DNA of 64,000 nt from assembly GCA_965208675.1 (NCBI GenBank), contig OZ242351.1, positions 4,768,001 through 4,832,000 of the forward strand, in the 5' to 3' direction. This DNA comes from Candidatus Poribacteria bacterium (GTDB taxonomy: Bacteria; Poribacteria; WGA-4E; PCPOR2b). The position numbers and the translations under genes are program-made. The notes below the pieces were generated by a model, which worked only from the letters and a program-made list of their open reading frames with translations, was not told the DNA's origin and did no database searches. This document shows positions 1 to 9,321 of the stretch, piece by piece; the first letter of the stretch is position 1, and each line of letters starts with the position of its first letter.

Positions 1-589
1 CGCTTTAATTCCCAATCATTGGATTCCTTTGGTTGCAATCGGGAAGACTGAACAGTGGTCACGCCGCGAAACACTGGGCATTACGGCAATTACCGGAATT
101 GCCCATTCGTTGAGCACAATTCTTATCGGGATTGTTGTCGGATTTATCGGTTTCAAAATCTCCGAATCCTATGAGCTGTTTGCCCACATTGTGGCGCCGT
201 TGATTTTGTTTATTTTGGGTGTGATTTATTTAGTGTTGGATTCAAAAGCCAACCACGCGCACCACCACGTGAACAACGAAAACATTTCGCGGAAATCGAA
301 GTTCGCGATTGTTACCTCGTTAGCCGCTGCGATGTTCTTTTCTCCGTGTATCGAGATTGAGGTTTACTATTTTTCGGCAAGTGCCTTGGGCTGGTTTGGT
401 ATTAGCGCGGTTTCAATTATCTACTTGGTCGTGACTGTGCTTGGCATGTTACTGTTGGTCGATTTGGGTCGGAGGGGCGTTGAACGGTTCCATTCTCATT
501 TCTTAGAACACCATGAGCGGGGAATTACCGGCGCGCTTCTGGTTATTTTGGGAATTTTTGCTTTTGTCTTTGAACACTTTTCCCACTAA
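1..589 (+). CDS. High-affinity Ni/Co transporter-like membrane protein (NicO/RcnA/HupN-like), 5'-truncated by window edge
   Basis: Frame open from base 2 (ALIPNHWIPLVAIG, the family's HxxxPxHW-type motif); several TM helices; His-rich loop NHAHHH; SPC motif; LEHHERGITG near the C-terminus. Confidence 0.7.
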   Translation, partial: ALIPNHWIPLVAIGKTEQWSRRETLGITAITGIAHSLSTILIGIVVGFIGFKISESYELFAHIVAPLILFILGVIYLVLDSKANHAHHHVNNENISRKSKFAIVTSLAAAMFFSPCIEIEVYYFSASALGWFGISAVSIIYLVVTVLGMLLLVDLGRRGVERFHSHFLEHHERGITGALLVILGIFAFVFEHFSH

Positions 590-846
590 TGTTGTTGCTC
601 CTAAGAGCATTTTTGAGTAATAGGAGGCAAAGCCATTCTTGGGAGTTTGAGGCGCTAAATCTTAAAGAAATTCTATCGCATGAGATTTACGCTCGCCGTC
701 GCTATTCGCTCAGTTGATTCTATTCAGTCGCTTGATTCTCCGCCTACAAGGCGTGGTGTCGCACTCCTAAATAATATTACGGGGGCTATAGAAGACGGGA
801 GAAAAATGAAGCACTGTGCAAAAGAATTTCTACGTTGTGCTTGCAA

Positions 847-2037
847 TTACACGCCCCAACAAGCATCCCAACTTGCGATAAATTCTTCTATTCCAAAATC
901 AGACGGCATTTCGTAGAAATGATAGCGCATCGGACCGGACTGAAAACCGGGGAGGTACTGCTCAGTATCCGACTGGAGTTTTGCGTCTAATGGCGCGAAC
1001 CGATTCCAGAGCGTTTCAATCTGCTCCGGCGAAAAGCGGTTGCCTATCTCTTGAGACCTCGTAATATCCCCACCGTATCCTGGCGGCTTAAATCGAATCT
1101 TATACGCAAATTTGGATAACAGGGTGACACACACCATCCGTCCACTCTCGCCCGGATGGAGTGCGGCAATTCCCTCACGAAATGTGTCAGCATCTTTGTC
1201 AATCATTGCGTGAAACACCGACACGATACGATCGCACTCTTCGTCGAGTAGGTTGCAATATCCCTCGAAGATTTCTAGTCCCCGGGGCGAAAGATACTCG
1301 CCAAAATCTAATCTCCAATACGGGTGAGCGACATACGGAAAGATTGGACCTCCGAACGCGCGGTAGCCGAGATGAATTGTTCGCCTGAGTTTGGGACTGT
1401 AGTTGCTGCCCCAATGAAAGATTGTATTGGTATAGGCAACGGCGTCCCCGGCTTTGAGTTCCACTGGAATGCCGTTCGGAAGCGGAACGCGGCTGTTCTC
1501 AATCAACTGGCGGTTCTCCTCGTCCGTATTGGATCGGCGGTGGCTTCCCGGTACAACCCACAGCACGTCGTCATCATATAGCGGGATATTCCATTGCACA
1601 TAGCCCGGGGCATTTTCTAGCATGTCAGACTGTAAACCGCCCAAAGGGGCTTGATCGATGGGGTGAATGTCTCGATGCCAGTGCGACGGCCCATGGTCTC
1701 GCACGGGATTGCACATGAGCGCCATTAACGTCACGGTTGCTTCCTTCGACCGCATTAGTTGGCAGCTAACACCTCGTGTATTTTCGTGCAAGCAAAACTC
1801 AATTGTGTCAGCGGTTGCTTTGTCTGCTACGTTGGAAAACATTACCCGCGGCTGTGGACTGGTCTCCCATTCACCGCTGGGCGGCGCATCGGGTTTGCGG
1901 TTTTGCGCCCAGTTTGCCTTTTGCCGTTCAACCGTGAGTTCAAAACTGTCGCGCAGCTGATTTAACCGTTCAGGGGGAATGACATTGCGTAGAATGATGA
2001 AGCCATCATCAAGGATTTGTTGGGGATTAACCTTCAT
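847..2037 (-). CDS. PhyH-family Fe(II)/2-oxoglutarate dioxygenase with long C-terminal extension
   Basis: DDGFIILRNVI, HWHRD (HxD), LWVVPGSH, distal His in IFHWG, RRTIH. ATG at 2037 follows a GGAGA RBS. Confidence 0.85.
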   Translation of the reverse strand: MKVNPQQILDDGFIILRNVIPPERLNQLRDSFELTVERQKANWAQNRKPDAPPSGEWETSPQPRVMFSNVADKATADTIEFCLHENTRGVSCQLMRSKEATVTLMALMCNPVRDHGPSHWHRDIHPIDQAPLGGLQSDMLENAPGYVQWNIPLYDDDVLWVVPGSHRRSNTDEENRQLIENSRVPLPNGIPVELKAGDAVAYTNTIFHWGSNYSPKLRRTIHLGYRAFGGPIFPYVAHPYWRLDFGEYLSPRGLEIFEGYCNLLDEECDRIVSVFHAMIDKDADTFREGIAALHPGESGRMVCVTLLSKFAYKIRFKPPGYGGDITRSQEIGNRFSPEQIETLWNRFAPLDAKLQSDTEQYLPGFQSGPMRYHFYEMPSDFGIEEFIASWDACWGV

Positions 2038-2091
2038 TGTTGTTATCTCCTTGGGCAAACTATCGCTCGCAGGCTGTCCCGGAATCGCAAT

Positions 2092-2784
2092 TTATCGCGT
2101 GGTGGATTTCGCCTGTTCCAGCGTCTGATGGCTGAGAATTCGCTGCCGGTCCACAGGCCGCAAATGAGGTTCCACTTGCCGCACAAAATCCTGTAGCGTC
2201 TCCGAGGCTGAGGTGCTAGTTGTATCTATAGTGATTTTTGCATCGATTATTGAGTTTGTATAGACTTCTTGAAAGCGGTCTAACACGGTTTCGATATCCT
2301 GCGAATTCTTGAGGGGGCACCGGGGATGCGGTTGCTGACGCATGCGATTACGTATAACATCCGGTGACGCTTTCACGAGTACCAATACCATATCCGGCGC
2401 CAAAACTTTTAGATCGCTTTCGATGAACCGCGCTAGGTATTGGCGGTCGTGTCCGCCGAGATTCGGATAATACAGCGGTACATATACAGCGTCGCCGTAG
2501 TACCAGTTTACAATCAGGAAATCATCGCGATGGTAGAGCACAGGCTGCAGATGATAAACGAATTGGAATCGCTGAAACTGTTCGACAAACGACGGGACTT
2601 TCTCAAGGAGTTCCATAACGGTCTCTTCGATTTCGTCCGTAGCTTCTCCTTGACCCACATTTGGGAGCGTGCAGTGGTCGTGGCAGCCGGTATAGCTTCC
2701 CATGGTTTGCGCAATCCAATCGGTGATTCCGTTAACTAGCGTCGTTTTGCCAGCATACTCGCAGCCGATTATAAAGATTCGCAT
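2092..2784 (-). CDS. P-loop nucleotide-monophosphate-kinase-like protein (thymidylate/deoxynucleoside kinase fold)
   Basis: N-terminal Walker A IIGCEYAGKTT; PDMVLVLVKASPDVIRNR lid-like segment; C-terminal ITIDTT; GGAGG RBS. Confidence 0.7.
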   Translation of the reverse strand: MRIFIIGCEYAGKTTLVNGITDWIAQTMGSYTGCHDHCTLPNVGQGEATDEIEETVMELLEKVPSFVEQFQRFQFVYHLQPVLYHRDDFLIVNWYYGDAVYVPLYYPNLGGHDRQYLARFIESDLKVLAPDMVLVLVKASPDVIRNRMRQQPHPRCPLKNSQDIETVLDRFQEVYTNSIIDAKITIDTTSTSASETLQDFVRQVEPHLRPVDRQRILSHQTLEQAKSTTR

Positions 2785-2950
2785 CTATGTCCTCCCGAGT
2801 GAATACCAAGTTACGGCAGTGCATCCCACCGTCGTGCTGCCAAGTGCAAAAGTCCCCAAGCACTGGAAACTTGCGAGCGTGAGTGTGTTGCATCGCCGCT
2901 CAATGATGCCGTAGGAAGAGTTGTAAAACTACACGGTATAAATTCCGTCA

Positions 2951-2979
2951 ATTATATCACACACCACAGACTAGGTAAA
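2951..2979 (-). promoter_or_regulatory. Putative sigma70 promoter (extended -10) for the kinase-PhyH pair
   Basis: Minus strand TTTACC-17 nt-TATAAT with TG one base upstream of the -10. Confidence 0.5.
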
Positions 2980-3012
2980 CAGGATTACCGTTTCACGAGC
3001 ATGGTTAAGGTG

Positions 3013-5511
3013 CTATTCCTTTGAATCTAAACGCGAAACTATCACTGCTCCGGCAATATAAGTGCCAATTGCCGCCAGGATTACAGCACTAAACCCAAAT
3101 GAAATTGCAAGGCAGGTTGCCAGAATTGCGCTCACCACTGAGGCATAACCGTTTATTGCCCATGCCCACGCGATTAGGTGTGGATTGCGCCTTCTCAGCA
3201 GGTCTATCCCGAGCGGAAACGGCATTCCCATAAAAAACGCCAGCGGCGCAATGAGTGAAATTGAGATTATTATTTTTATCGGGTCCGGGCTTGCGAGGAA
3301 ACGATGGAAGATTGGGTTAAACAAGAGGAGATAGAGCAGCGCAATTGCCGATAACGCGCCAATTGCAACGGGAATGGGATACCGCAGCGGAAGTTTTACT
3401 TTGAAGTTTAGGATTGTGTCTCTGAATCGCATCGAGAAAAAACTGCCTAACCCTGCAAAAACAAGAAATGCACTGAGCACAACCGCGACGGCATAAGTCG
3501 GGTGGGAGAGCAGGAGAAGGAATTTCTGGATGAATGCCATCTCAATAAACATGAAGGCGGTGCCCAAGCTGAAGAAATAACCGAGTATACTCCAATACTC
3601 AATTCTACGCGGTTGCCCATTTGTTGGTGTTCGAGAAGTTGGATCCCTACCCTGATGTGTAGCACCCGCGGATGGGCGCTTCGAAAAGATGAGCGGCGCG
3701 AAGATTAGGATGAATCCTACCAAAACGGCTTGCAGCAGGGTTGCAATCAGAAGTAGATAACCCCACTCAATGAACGGGATGGAACTCCTGCCGGCTGTGC
3801 GAATCATTTGAAATAGCGAATCTAACCGAAGAAAACGAAAAAAATATGGGCGATCGTCGGTCGCGGGACGTATGTTAAATGGATACTGTTTGTAGAAACT
3901 CTTTCGATTCTCGAACAGAATCGACTGTGCTACGCGGAAATAGATTGGTTCGGTCAGTTGGTTATACCGGTTTGCCTCTGATTCACCCATGTCGGGATAG
4001 TAGGCGGTGTCGAAAGAACGCTCGCCGCAAAAGTTGCGAATAATCGCCCGTTCATGCGGTTGGAAACGACTATTTTTAATCAGGAGCGTTCCTGTGCGCC
4101 AGCCACGAATCATGACTAATTTTTCAGCGGGATTTTGCTCACCACTCCGCTCGAAAGCCTCGACCGCTGTACCAAACAGCTTAATCATATCTCGCGGCGG
4201 CGTTTTCAACCAGCGCGTAATTGACACGATACCGTTGGGATTCAGATGCTGCAAGAGTTCCGTAATTGCCTCTACGGTGTAAAGATAGCTTTCACTCAGG
4301 GCGTGTGTGCCTGCAGCGGACGCATTCACAGAATCCAGCAGTGCGATTTGGATGAGGTCGTATTTCCCCGCCATCGATCTCACAAATCCCCGCGCTTCAG
4401 CGTTGTAAACTCGAACCGGATAAGCCGAATTCGATGCGTAAATATTCCCTGCGAAATCCCCGTGCACTTTCTCCACCAAACTGACGACTTGGGGATTCAA
4501 TTCAACAGCGTCAACGGCACCTGCGCTGTGGTACAAGGCGTTGAGAACGTCGCTCCCGCCGCCTGCACCTAACACTAGTACCCGCGGCCTTTTGAGCAGG
4601 TGGTACGCCAATGCCGAAGTTGTGTCGTCCAGATAAGCCAGTTTCGATAGGTCCCCGTCGAAATTGGTGATTGCTGTCATGGCGTCTGCGTCTGTGAATA
4701 CACCCAATTGCCGCGGTATCGGGTGTTGTGATGTCAAGCTTAAGCCTGGCGCCAATCGAATCGACTCGCTCCGAACAACGTGTAATGCGCCAAGTGGACT
4801 GTTAGCCTCGCTCAGAATTTCTGCATCAGGAAAGTTCCGTGCAGCATTCAGACCTTTGTACGGCGAAACTTTTATTGAGATAGGCTTGAGAAACAGAAAG
4901 CCGATAAATAAAACGCCGCCGACTGTAATTAGACCTATCCCGCGCCAATGGGTTTTTAGTGCACCCAAATTAGAGATTAAGACTCCAAATATCCCAATTG
5001 CTGAAATTACGATGAGAATGGCAGCGGGGGGAACCACGTACATGCAAAAAACAATCCCGAACGCACCGATTCCCGACCCGATGAGATCGAAAAAATAGAG
5101 CCGATCAACGCGGCGGTTGAATTGCAGCAGCGCCGTGCCAATACACGCTGCTCCGAAAAAAAATGGGACGGATAGTATGAGGTATTGCGCGAGAAGGGAC
5201 AGCATTTGGCCCGGCTGCCAGATTAGCATAAACGGATTAAATGGCACATTCTGGTTCAAGGCAAAACAAACGGGGACGCTGATTGAGAATATTATCCCGG
5301 AAATACTGTAGGACCATTGAAAACGCTTCATCAGCCAATCCTGAGCGAGGAAAATCACGCTCCCGCTTGCACCAAATCCGAGCAACGCAAGGCTGATAAT
5401 CATGTAAGCGAAATGACCCCACTGGCCGATAGAGAAAAGGCGCATCAGGGTAATTTCGTACGCGATAATAGAACCGGATATCAGTGAAATTGAAATGAAG
5501 TAACGAGTCAT
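3013..5511 (-). CDS. Membrane-embedded spermidine-synthase-like SAM-dependent methyltransferase (TM bundle - class I MTase - TM bundle)
   Basis: VLVLGAGGGSDV motif I, AVELNP, EARGFV, YDLIQI, SESYLYTVEA, PATDDRPYFF; flanking TM regions with FFMGMPFPLG and WAWAING. Confidence 0.85.
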   Translation of the reverse strand: MTRYFISISLISGSIIAYEITLMRLFSIGQWGHFAYMIISLALLGFGASGSVIFLAQDWLMKRFQWSYSISGIIFSISVPVCFALNQNVPFNPFMLIWQPGQMLSLLAQYLILSVPFFFGAACIGTALLQFNRRVDRLYFFDLIGSGIGAFGIVFCMYVVPPAAILIVISAIGIFGVLISNLGALKTHWRGIGLITVGGVLFIGFLFLKPISIKVSPYKGLNAARNFPDAEILSEANSPLGALHVVRSESIRLAPGLSLTSQHPIPRQLGVFTDADAMTAITNFDGDLSKLAYLDDTTSALAYHLLKRPRVLVLGAGGGSDVLNALYHSAGAVDAVELNPQVVSLVEKVHGDFAGNIYASNSAYPVRVYNAEARGFVRSMAGKYDLIQIALLDSVNASAAGTHALSESYLYTVEAITELLQHLNPNGIVSITRWLKTPPRDMIKLFGTAVEAFERSGEQNPAEKLVMIRGWRTGTLLIKNSRFQPHERAIIRNFCGERSFDTAYYPDMGESEANRYNQLTEPIYFRVAQSILFENRKSFYKQYPFNIRPATDDRPYFFRFLRLDSLFQMIRTAGRSSIPFIEWGYLLLIATLLQAVLVGFILIFAPLIFSKRPSAGATHQGRDPTSRTPTNGQPRRIEYWSILGYFFSLGTAFMFIEMAFIQKFLLLLSHPTYAVAVVLSAFLVFAGLGSFFSMRFRDTILNFKVKLPLRYPIPVAIGALSAIALLYLLLFNPIFHRFLASPDPIKIIISISLIAPLAFFMGMPFPLGIDLLRRRNPHLIAWAWAINGYASVVSAILATCLAISFGFSAVILAAIGTYIAGAVIVSRLDSKE

Positions 5512-5914
5512 TGGGGTAGATGCTTATTTGCCGCGCAGTTAGTTTGGTTGCCAGATTGGGTCGAGGTAAACCTATCACCCAGTATTGCGATTTTCATCAA
5601 TGCAGTGCCAGATTAGGTATTAACGATTTGGATTGTAGGCGTTTCTGAGTCTCGCGACGCTCGTAACTGCAAAGTGCCGCGTATTGTGGGCGATACATTA
5701 CACCTGTGACTTTAATGGTATAGTCTTGGTTTAGCCGCTCAAACTGCACTGGTCACAGGCTTCTTCTTTTGCGAACAATCGCGACGAAGATTACTTTTTC
5801 TCAAAGTCTAGTAGAATTTCCGCTAACCGTCAACGACAATTCGTTGTTCTTTCGACACGGCATGCATCTCGGAATGGGCCGAAGTTACTTCCTCGTGACA
5901 ATACGACAGATATT

Positions 5915-5943
5915 TTGCTTTTTTCTCGCTGTTGTGCTATAAT
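5915..5943 (+). promoter_or_regulatory. Putative sigma70 promoter for PhyH 6045
   Basis: TTGCTT-17 nt-TATAAT with extended TG. Confidence 0.55.
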
Positions 5944-6044
5944 TTCAAACCATCTTGAGGTCAGAAATCGCTATGATGTTTATTGGCCTCCTTAGTCCCT
6001 CTCAGCTAAACGCCACAGAAATTCACACGTGAGGTAATCAAGCG

Positions 6045-6965
6045 ATGCAATACGATAAAGCGAATCGAACATTTGATTGCGAACCCACCCTCACCGACAC
6101 ACAAATTCTAGACTTTTGTAAGAATGGTTACATCATCTTGGAAGGTGTTGTCGATGAAGAAACGAACCAACGAACATGTGATTACTTGGAAGGAAGGCTG
6201 CCTGCTAACCCCAGTTACATTCCGAAAGGACTTACAACTGCAGATTTAGAACGGATTCGTAACTCTCACGAACCCAGCACAATTTTTCTTGAGGATTGGT
6301 TCGTTGAAAACACCCTTCTCAACCGTGAAGTCTGCGGCGCCCTCCGATCATTGCTCGGTAAAAACGTCGGGCTTCCGGTATTGGTTAGTCATCACCGCGC
6401 TCAATGCCCCTCGCCTCCACAAGGGTGGCATCATGATGCCGACCATGTGTTTGGACCAGAACTAAATTTTGTTGAAGTGTTCTATTATCCTCAGGACACC
6501 CCAGAAGAATTAGGACCAACTGAAATTGTGCCTGGGTCGCACATTCAACCCACGCATAGAGGGCCTGAAGACAGAGGGGTTCTATCCTCTGGTCCTGCTG
6601 GTTCACTTATCATCCACCATCAATGTATTCTTCACCGTAAAGGCCCGTCCACCGCTACAGGAACGCGCCACATGCTAAAATACAACTGTTGGCGCACCTC
6701 TGCACCAGATAGGGATTGGATTGTTGAACCCGAATTTGACTTACACACTACCTATTACGGCGGACACACTACGGCTAGATATGTTGCCCATATGTTCTAC
6801 TGGTTGTGCGGCAAAGGAGATGAATTTCGGGTAATCGGCGGACAAGGGTGGCCGTGGTCAACGAATAACCAAATCGGCCCGTCCTATGGATATGGGAAGT
6901 CGGAAGGTTATATTCCGAACTGGCGTTACAATAACGGTGACGGCTACGCGGACGCTCCAAACTAG
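6045..6965 (+). CDS. PhyH-family dioxygenase (paralog of 9322-10245)
   Basis: FCKNGYIILEGVV, QGWHHDAD (HxD), YYPQDTPEELGPTEIVPGSH, ILHRK; GAGGT RBS. Confidence 0.88.
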   Translation: MQYDKANRTFDCEPTLTDTQILDFCKNGYIILEGVVDEETNQRTCDYLEGRLPANPSYIPKGLTTADLERIRNSHEPSTIFLEDWFVENTLLNREVCGALRSLLGKNVGLPVLVSHHRAQCPSPPQGWHHDADHVFGPELNFVEVFYYPQDTPEELGPTEIVPGSHIQPTHRGPEDRGVLSSGPAGSLIIHHQCILHRKGPSTATGTRHMLKYNCWRTSAPDRDWIVEPEFDLHTTYYGGHTTARYVAHMFYWLCGKGDEFRVIGGQGWPWSTNNQIGPSYGYGKSEGYIPNWRYNNGDGYADAPN

Positions 6966-7058
6966 GAAACGCGCAGACTGGTCGGACTAGTCATGGTATG
7001 GCCTTTGTATTGGTGCCAGAAGCACGGCGAGCAAGGCTAACCTAGCGAGAATTGTCAA

Positions 7059-7925
7059 GTGCACCGAGTATTCATCGGTGTCGATGCAAATGACTATAAG
7101 GGAAAAATTCTGAGGCTCGCTGAACACATAAAAAGAGTTTTAATCTACACGGCGCTGTTGACCGTTTCGATGTGGGCTTTTTCTCTTGGCGCTGCGGCGT
7201 TAATTGACCGAGACGCCCTTGTAGTTGCGCTGCCATTTGACGAAGGTGTGGGCGATGAGGCTAAAGACGTTTCGCCGCATGGGAACCACGCGGTCCTAGT
7301 GGAAGGCGCCAGATGGGGTAACGGGAAGTTCGGAAAGTGCCTGAAGGTGAAAGAACCCGCTCGCGCAGAGGTCGCGAACAGTGAAAGCTTCCACTTGCAT
7401 GGCACTGACTTTACGTTGGCAATGTGGATGAATTTTTCCAACGAACCCGGCGTGTTTGGTTTAATCGGACACGATGATGGCGGTGCAGCGCAGTCGAAGA
7501 AGGCAGTCTGGGAATTTTTAGGCGGTACGCTCGTGTTCCACATCAATCGAGCGGACAATAATGTCGACTGGCTGCGTTCTGAGTTTATTGGGACTCCTGA
7601 GCTTAACCGGTGGTACCACGCCGCACTTGTCAGGAAGGGAAAACAGTACACACATTATCTCGACGGTGAACTGTTTGGTGAACAGACGGCAAAGGAGGAA
7701 ATTCCCGAGGGAATCAACAACCCACTCACCATCGGCATGACAGAGCACTACCTATTTTTCGACGGACTTATCGATGAAGCGGTCGTTGCGCACCAGGCGT
7801 GGACCCACCCGGACGTGCTGAAGCATTACAATGGCGGCATTCAGGGCATATTGCCAGTTGAACCTGGCGCGAAGTTGGCGGTAGCGTGGGGCGGCTTAAA
7901 GACAAACCGTTCGTTCCGTAATTGA
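7059..7925 (+). CDS. Secreted LamG/concanavalin-A-like jelly-roll protein (start uncertain)
   Basis: Signal-like KRVLIYTALLTVSMWAFSLGAAA; PFDEGVGDEAKDVS, GKFGK, FTLAMW, WYHAALV, YLDGE, FDGLIDE; C-terminal VEPGAKLAVAWGGLK. Confidence 0.85.
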   Translation: MHRVFIGVDANDYKGKILRLAEHIKRVLIYTALLTVSMWAFSLGAAALIDRDALVVALPFDEGVGDEAKDVSPHGNHAVLVEGARWGNGKFGKCLKVKEPARAEVANSESFHLHGTDFTLAMWMNFSNEPGVFGLIGHDDGGAAQSKKAVWEFLGGTLVFHINRADNNVDWLRSEFIGTPELNRWYHAALVRKGKQYTHYLDGELFGEQTAKEEIPEGINNPLTIGMTEHYLFFDGLIDEAVVAHQAWTHPDVLKHYNGGIQGILPVEPGAKLAVAWGGLKTNRSFRN

Positions 7926-8368
7926 GTTAATCCTTGCCTCATATGGTGATTTTTTCCAATCGTCCATTTCGCTGAATTTCCAAATACGACCAAATCCTTG
8001 CACGTGGTTTTACCTTGAAACACGTATCCGCCAATCCCTTGTAATATAAGAACAAACAGGATAAATTGCGCATTCTGCATAGTGATGAGTCTAGGATGTA
8101 GATCATTGGTTTGAAACTTAACCGTGCGACTGGAAAGCCCAAACCTGTCTAAATTAGTAATTACCCGGGCAAATATCCGTCTATCCTGAATTTCGAAGCC
8201 ACCGGGCGTCCGAATCCCGTCTACGGCCCGAATACGTGAGATGCCATTCTTCTTTTGGGGTCTTGGCGGCATGCGGAATGCTGCCATTCCATGCGTCCAT
8301 TTTCAATTTCCTGTTCTATTATCAACCGGTTTAAACCATCGTAGGTCGAAAACACAAGGCCGTGTCAG

Positions 8369-9103
8369 ATGCTTGATCATGTAGTATTAGAGAATCTACT
8401 CTTAATAGACGTTGAGACTGCTCCGGTTGAACCAAAATTGGAATCTTTGCCGAAGGCAATGCAGGTTGCATGGGAGTCGAAGGCGAGTAAACACCGCAAG
8501 GATGATGTGGCGCCGCAAGATTACTTCTTCGAACGAGCAGCCATATTTGCGGAATTTGGGAGAATTGTGTGTATTTCAGTCGGTTATTTCTTAAAGGACA
8601 ACGAAAGTGCTGATAAGTTAAACTTTCGTATTAAATCGTTCTCAGGCCGCGAAGAAAGACCGATATTGGATGGATTCACGGAGCTACTTAACCATCCGCA
8701 TTTTAATAAACCGGAAATCCGTTTGGCTGGCCATAACATCAAAGAGTTTGATGTTCCCTATATCTGCCGCAGGGCTTTGGTAAATGGATTAATGCTTCCC
8801 AAGATTTTGGATATTTCAGGGCGAAAGCCTTGGGAGACCAACCTTGTAGATACCATGAACCTGTGGAAGTTCGGGGACTATAAGAACTACACTTCTCTCG
8901 CCTTGCTCACTTCCCTATTTGGTCTACCCACCCCTAAAGATGATATTGATGGGAGCGAGGTAGGAGCGGTCTTTTGGCACGAAGATGATGTGGATCGAAT
9001 CACCCGGTACTGCCAGAAGGACGTGCTCGCGGTTGCGCAGCTCTTGCTTCGCTTCAAAGGCGTGCCGGCACTGGAAAACGAGGATGTTACGATTGGGGAT
9101 TAA
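8369..9103 (+). CDS. Stand-alone DEDDy 3'-5' exonuclease (PolB-exonuclease-like, DNA_pol_B_exo2 type)
   Basis: ExoI IDVET, ExoII GHNIKEFDVPY, ExoIII YCQKDV; DTMNLWKFGD and PKDDIDGSEV segments. Confidence 0.85.
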   Translation: MLDHVVLENLLLIDVETAPVEPKLESLPKAMQVAWESKASKHRKDDVAPQDYFFERAAIFAEFGRIVCISVGYFLKDNESADKLNFRIKSFSGREERPILDGFTELLNHPHFNKPEIRLAGHNIKEFDVPYICRRALVNGLMLPKILDISGRKPWETNLVDTMNLWKFGDYKNYTSLALLTSLFGLPTPKDDIDGSEVGAVFWHEDDVDRITRYCQKDVLAVAQLLLRFKGVPALENEDVTIGD

Positions 9104-9321
9104 CGAATTGCATCAAGTATTACCCCCATCGAGCAGGTGGAAAGTTTTTAACCAATTTCTGTTCAAACTATTGGCGAGGAGCCTGATAAAACGTTTTATT
9201 GAGTGATAGCGCATCGGCTTAAAGTTTGGGAAATGATAGGATTGCCAGATGCCTACCTTAATACAACAAATTGTTGACAGATCGCCGCACATGTATGTGA
9301 GAAAGATGGAGGGCCTCCACG

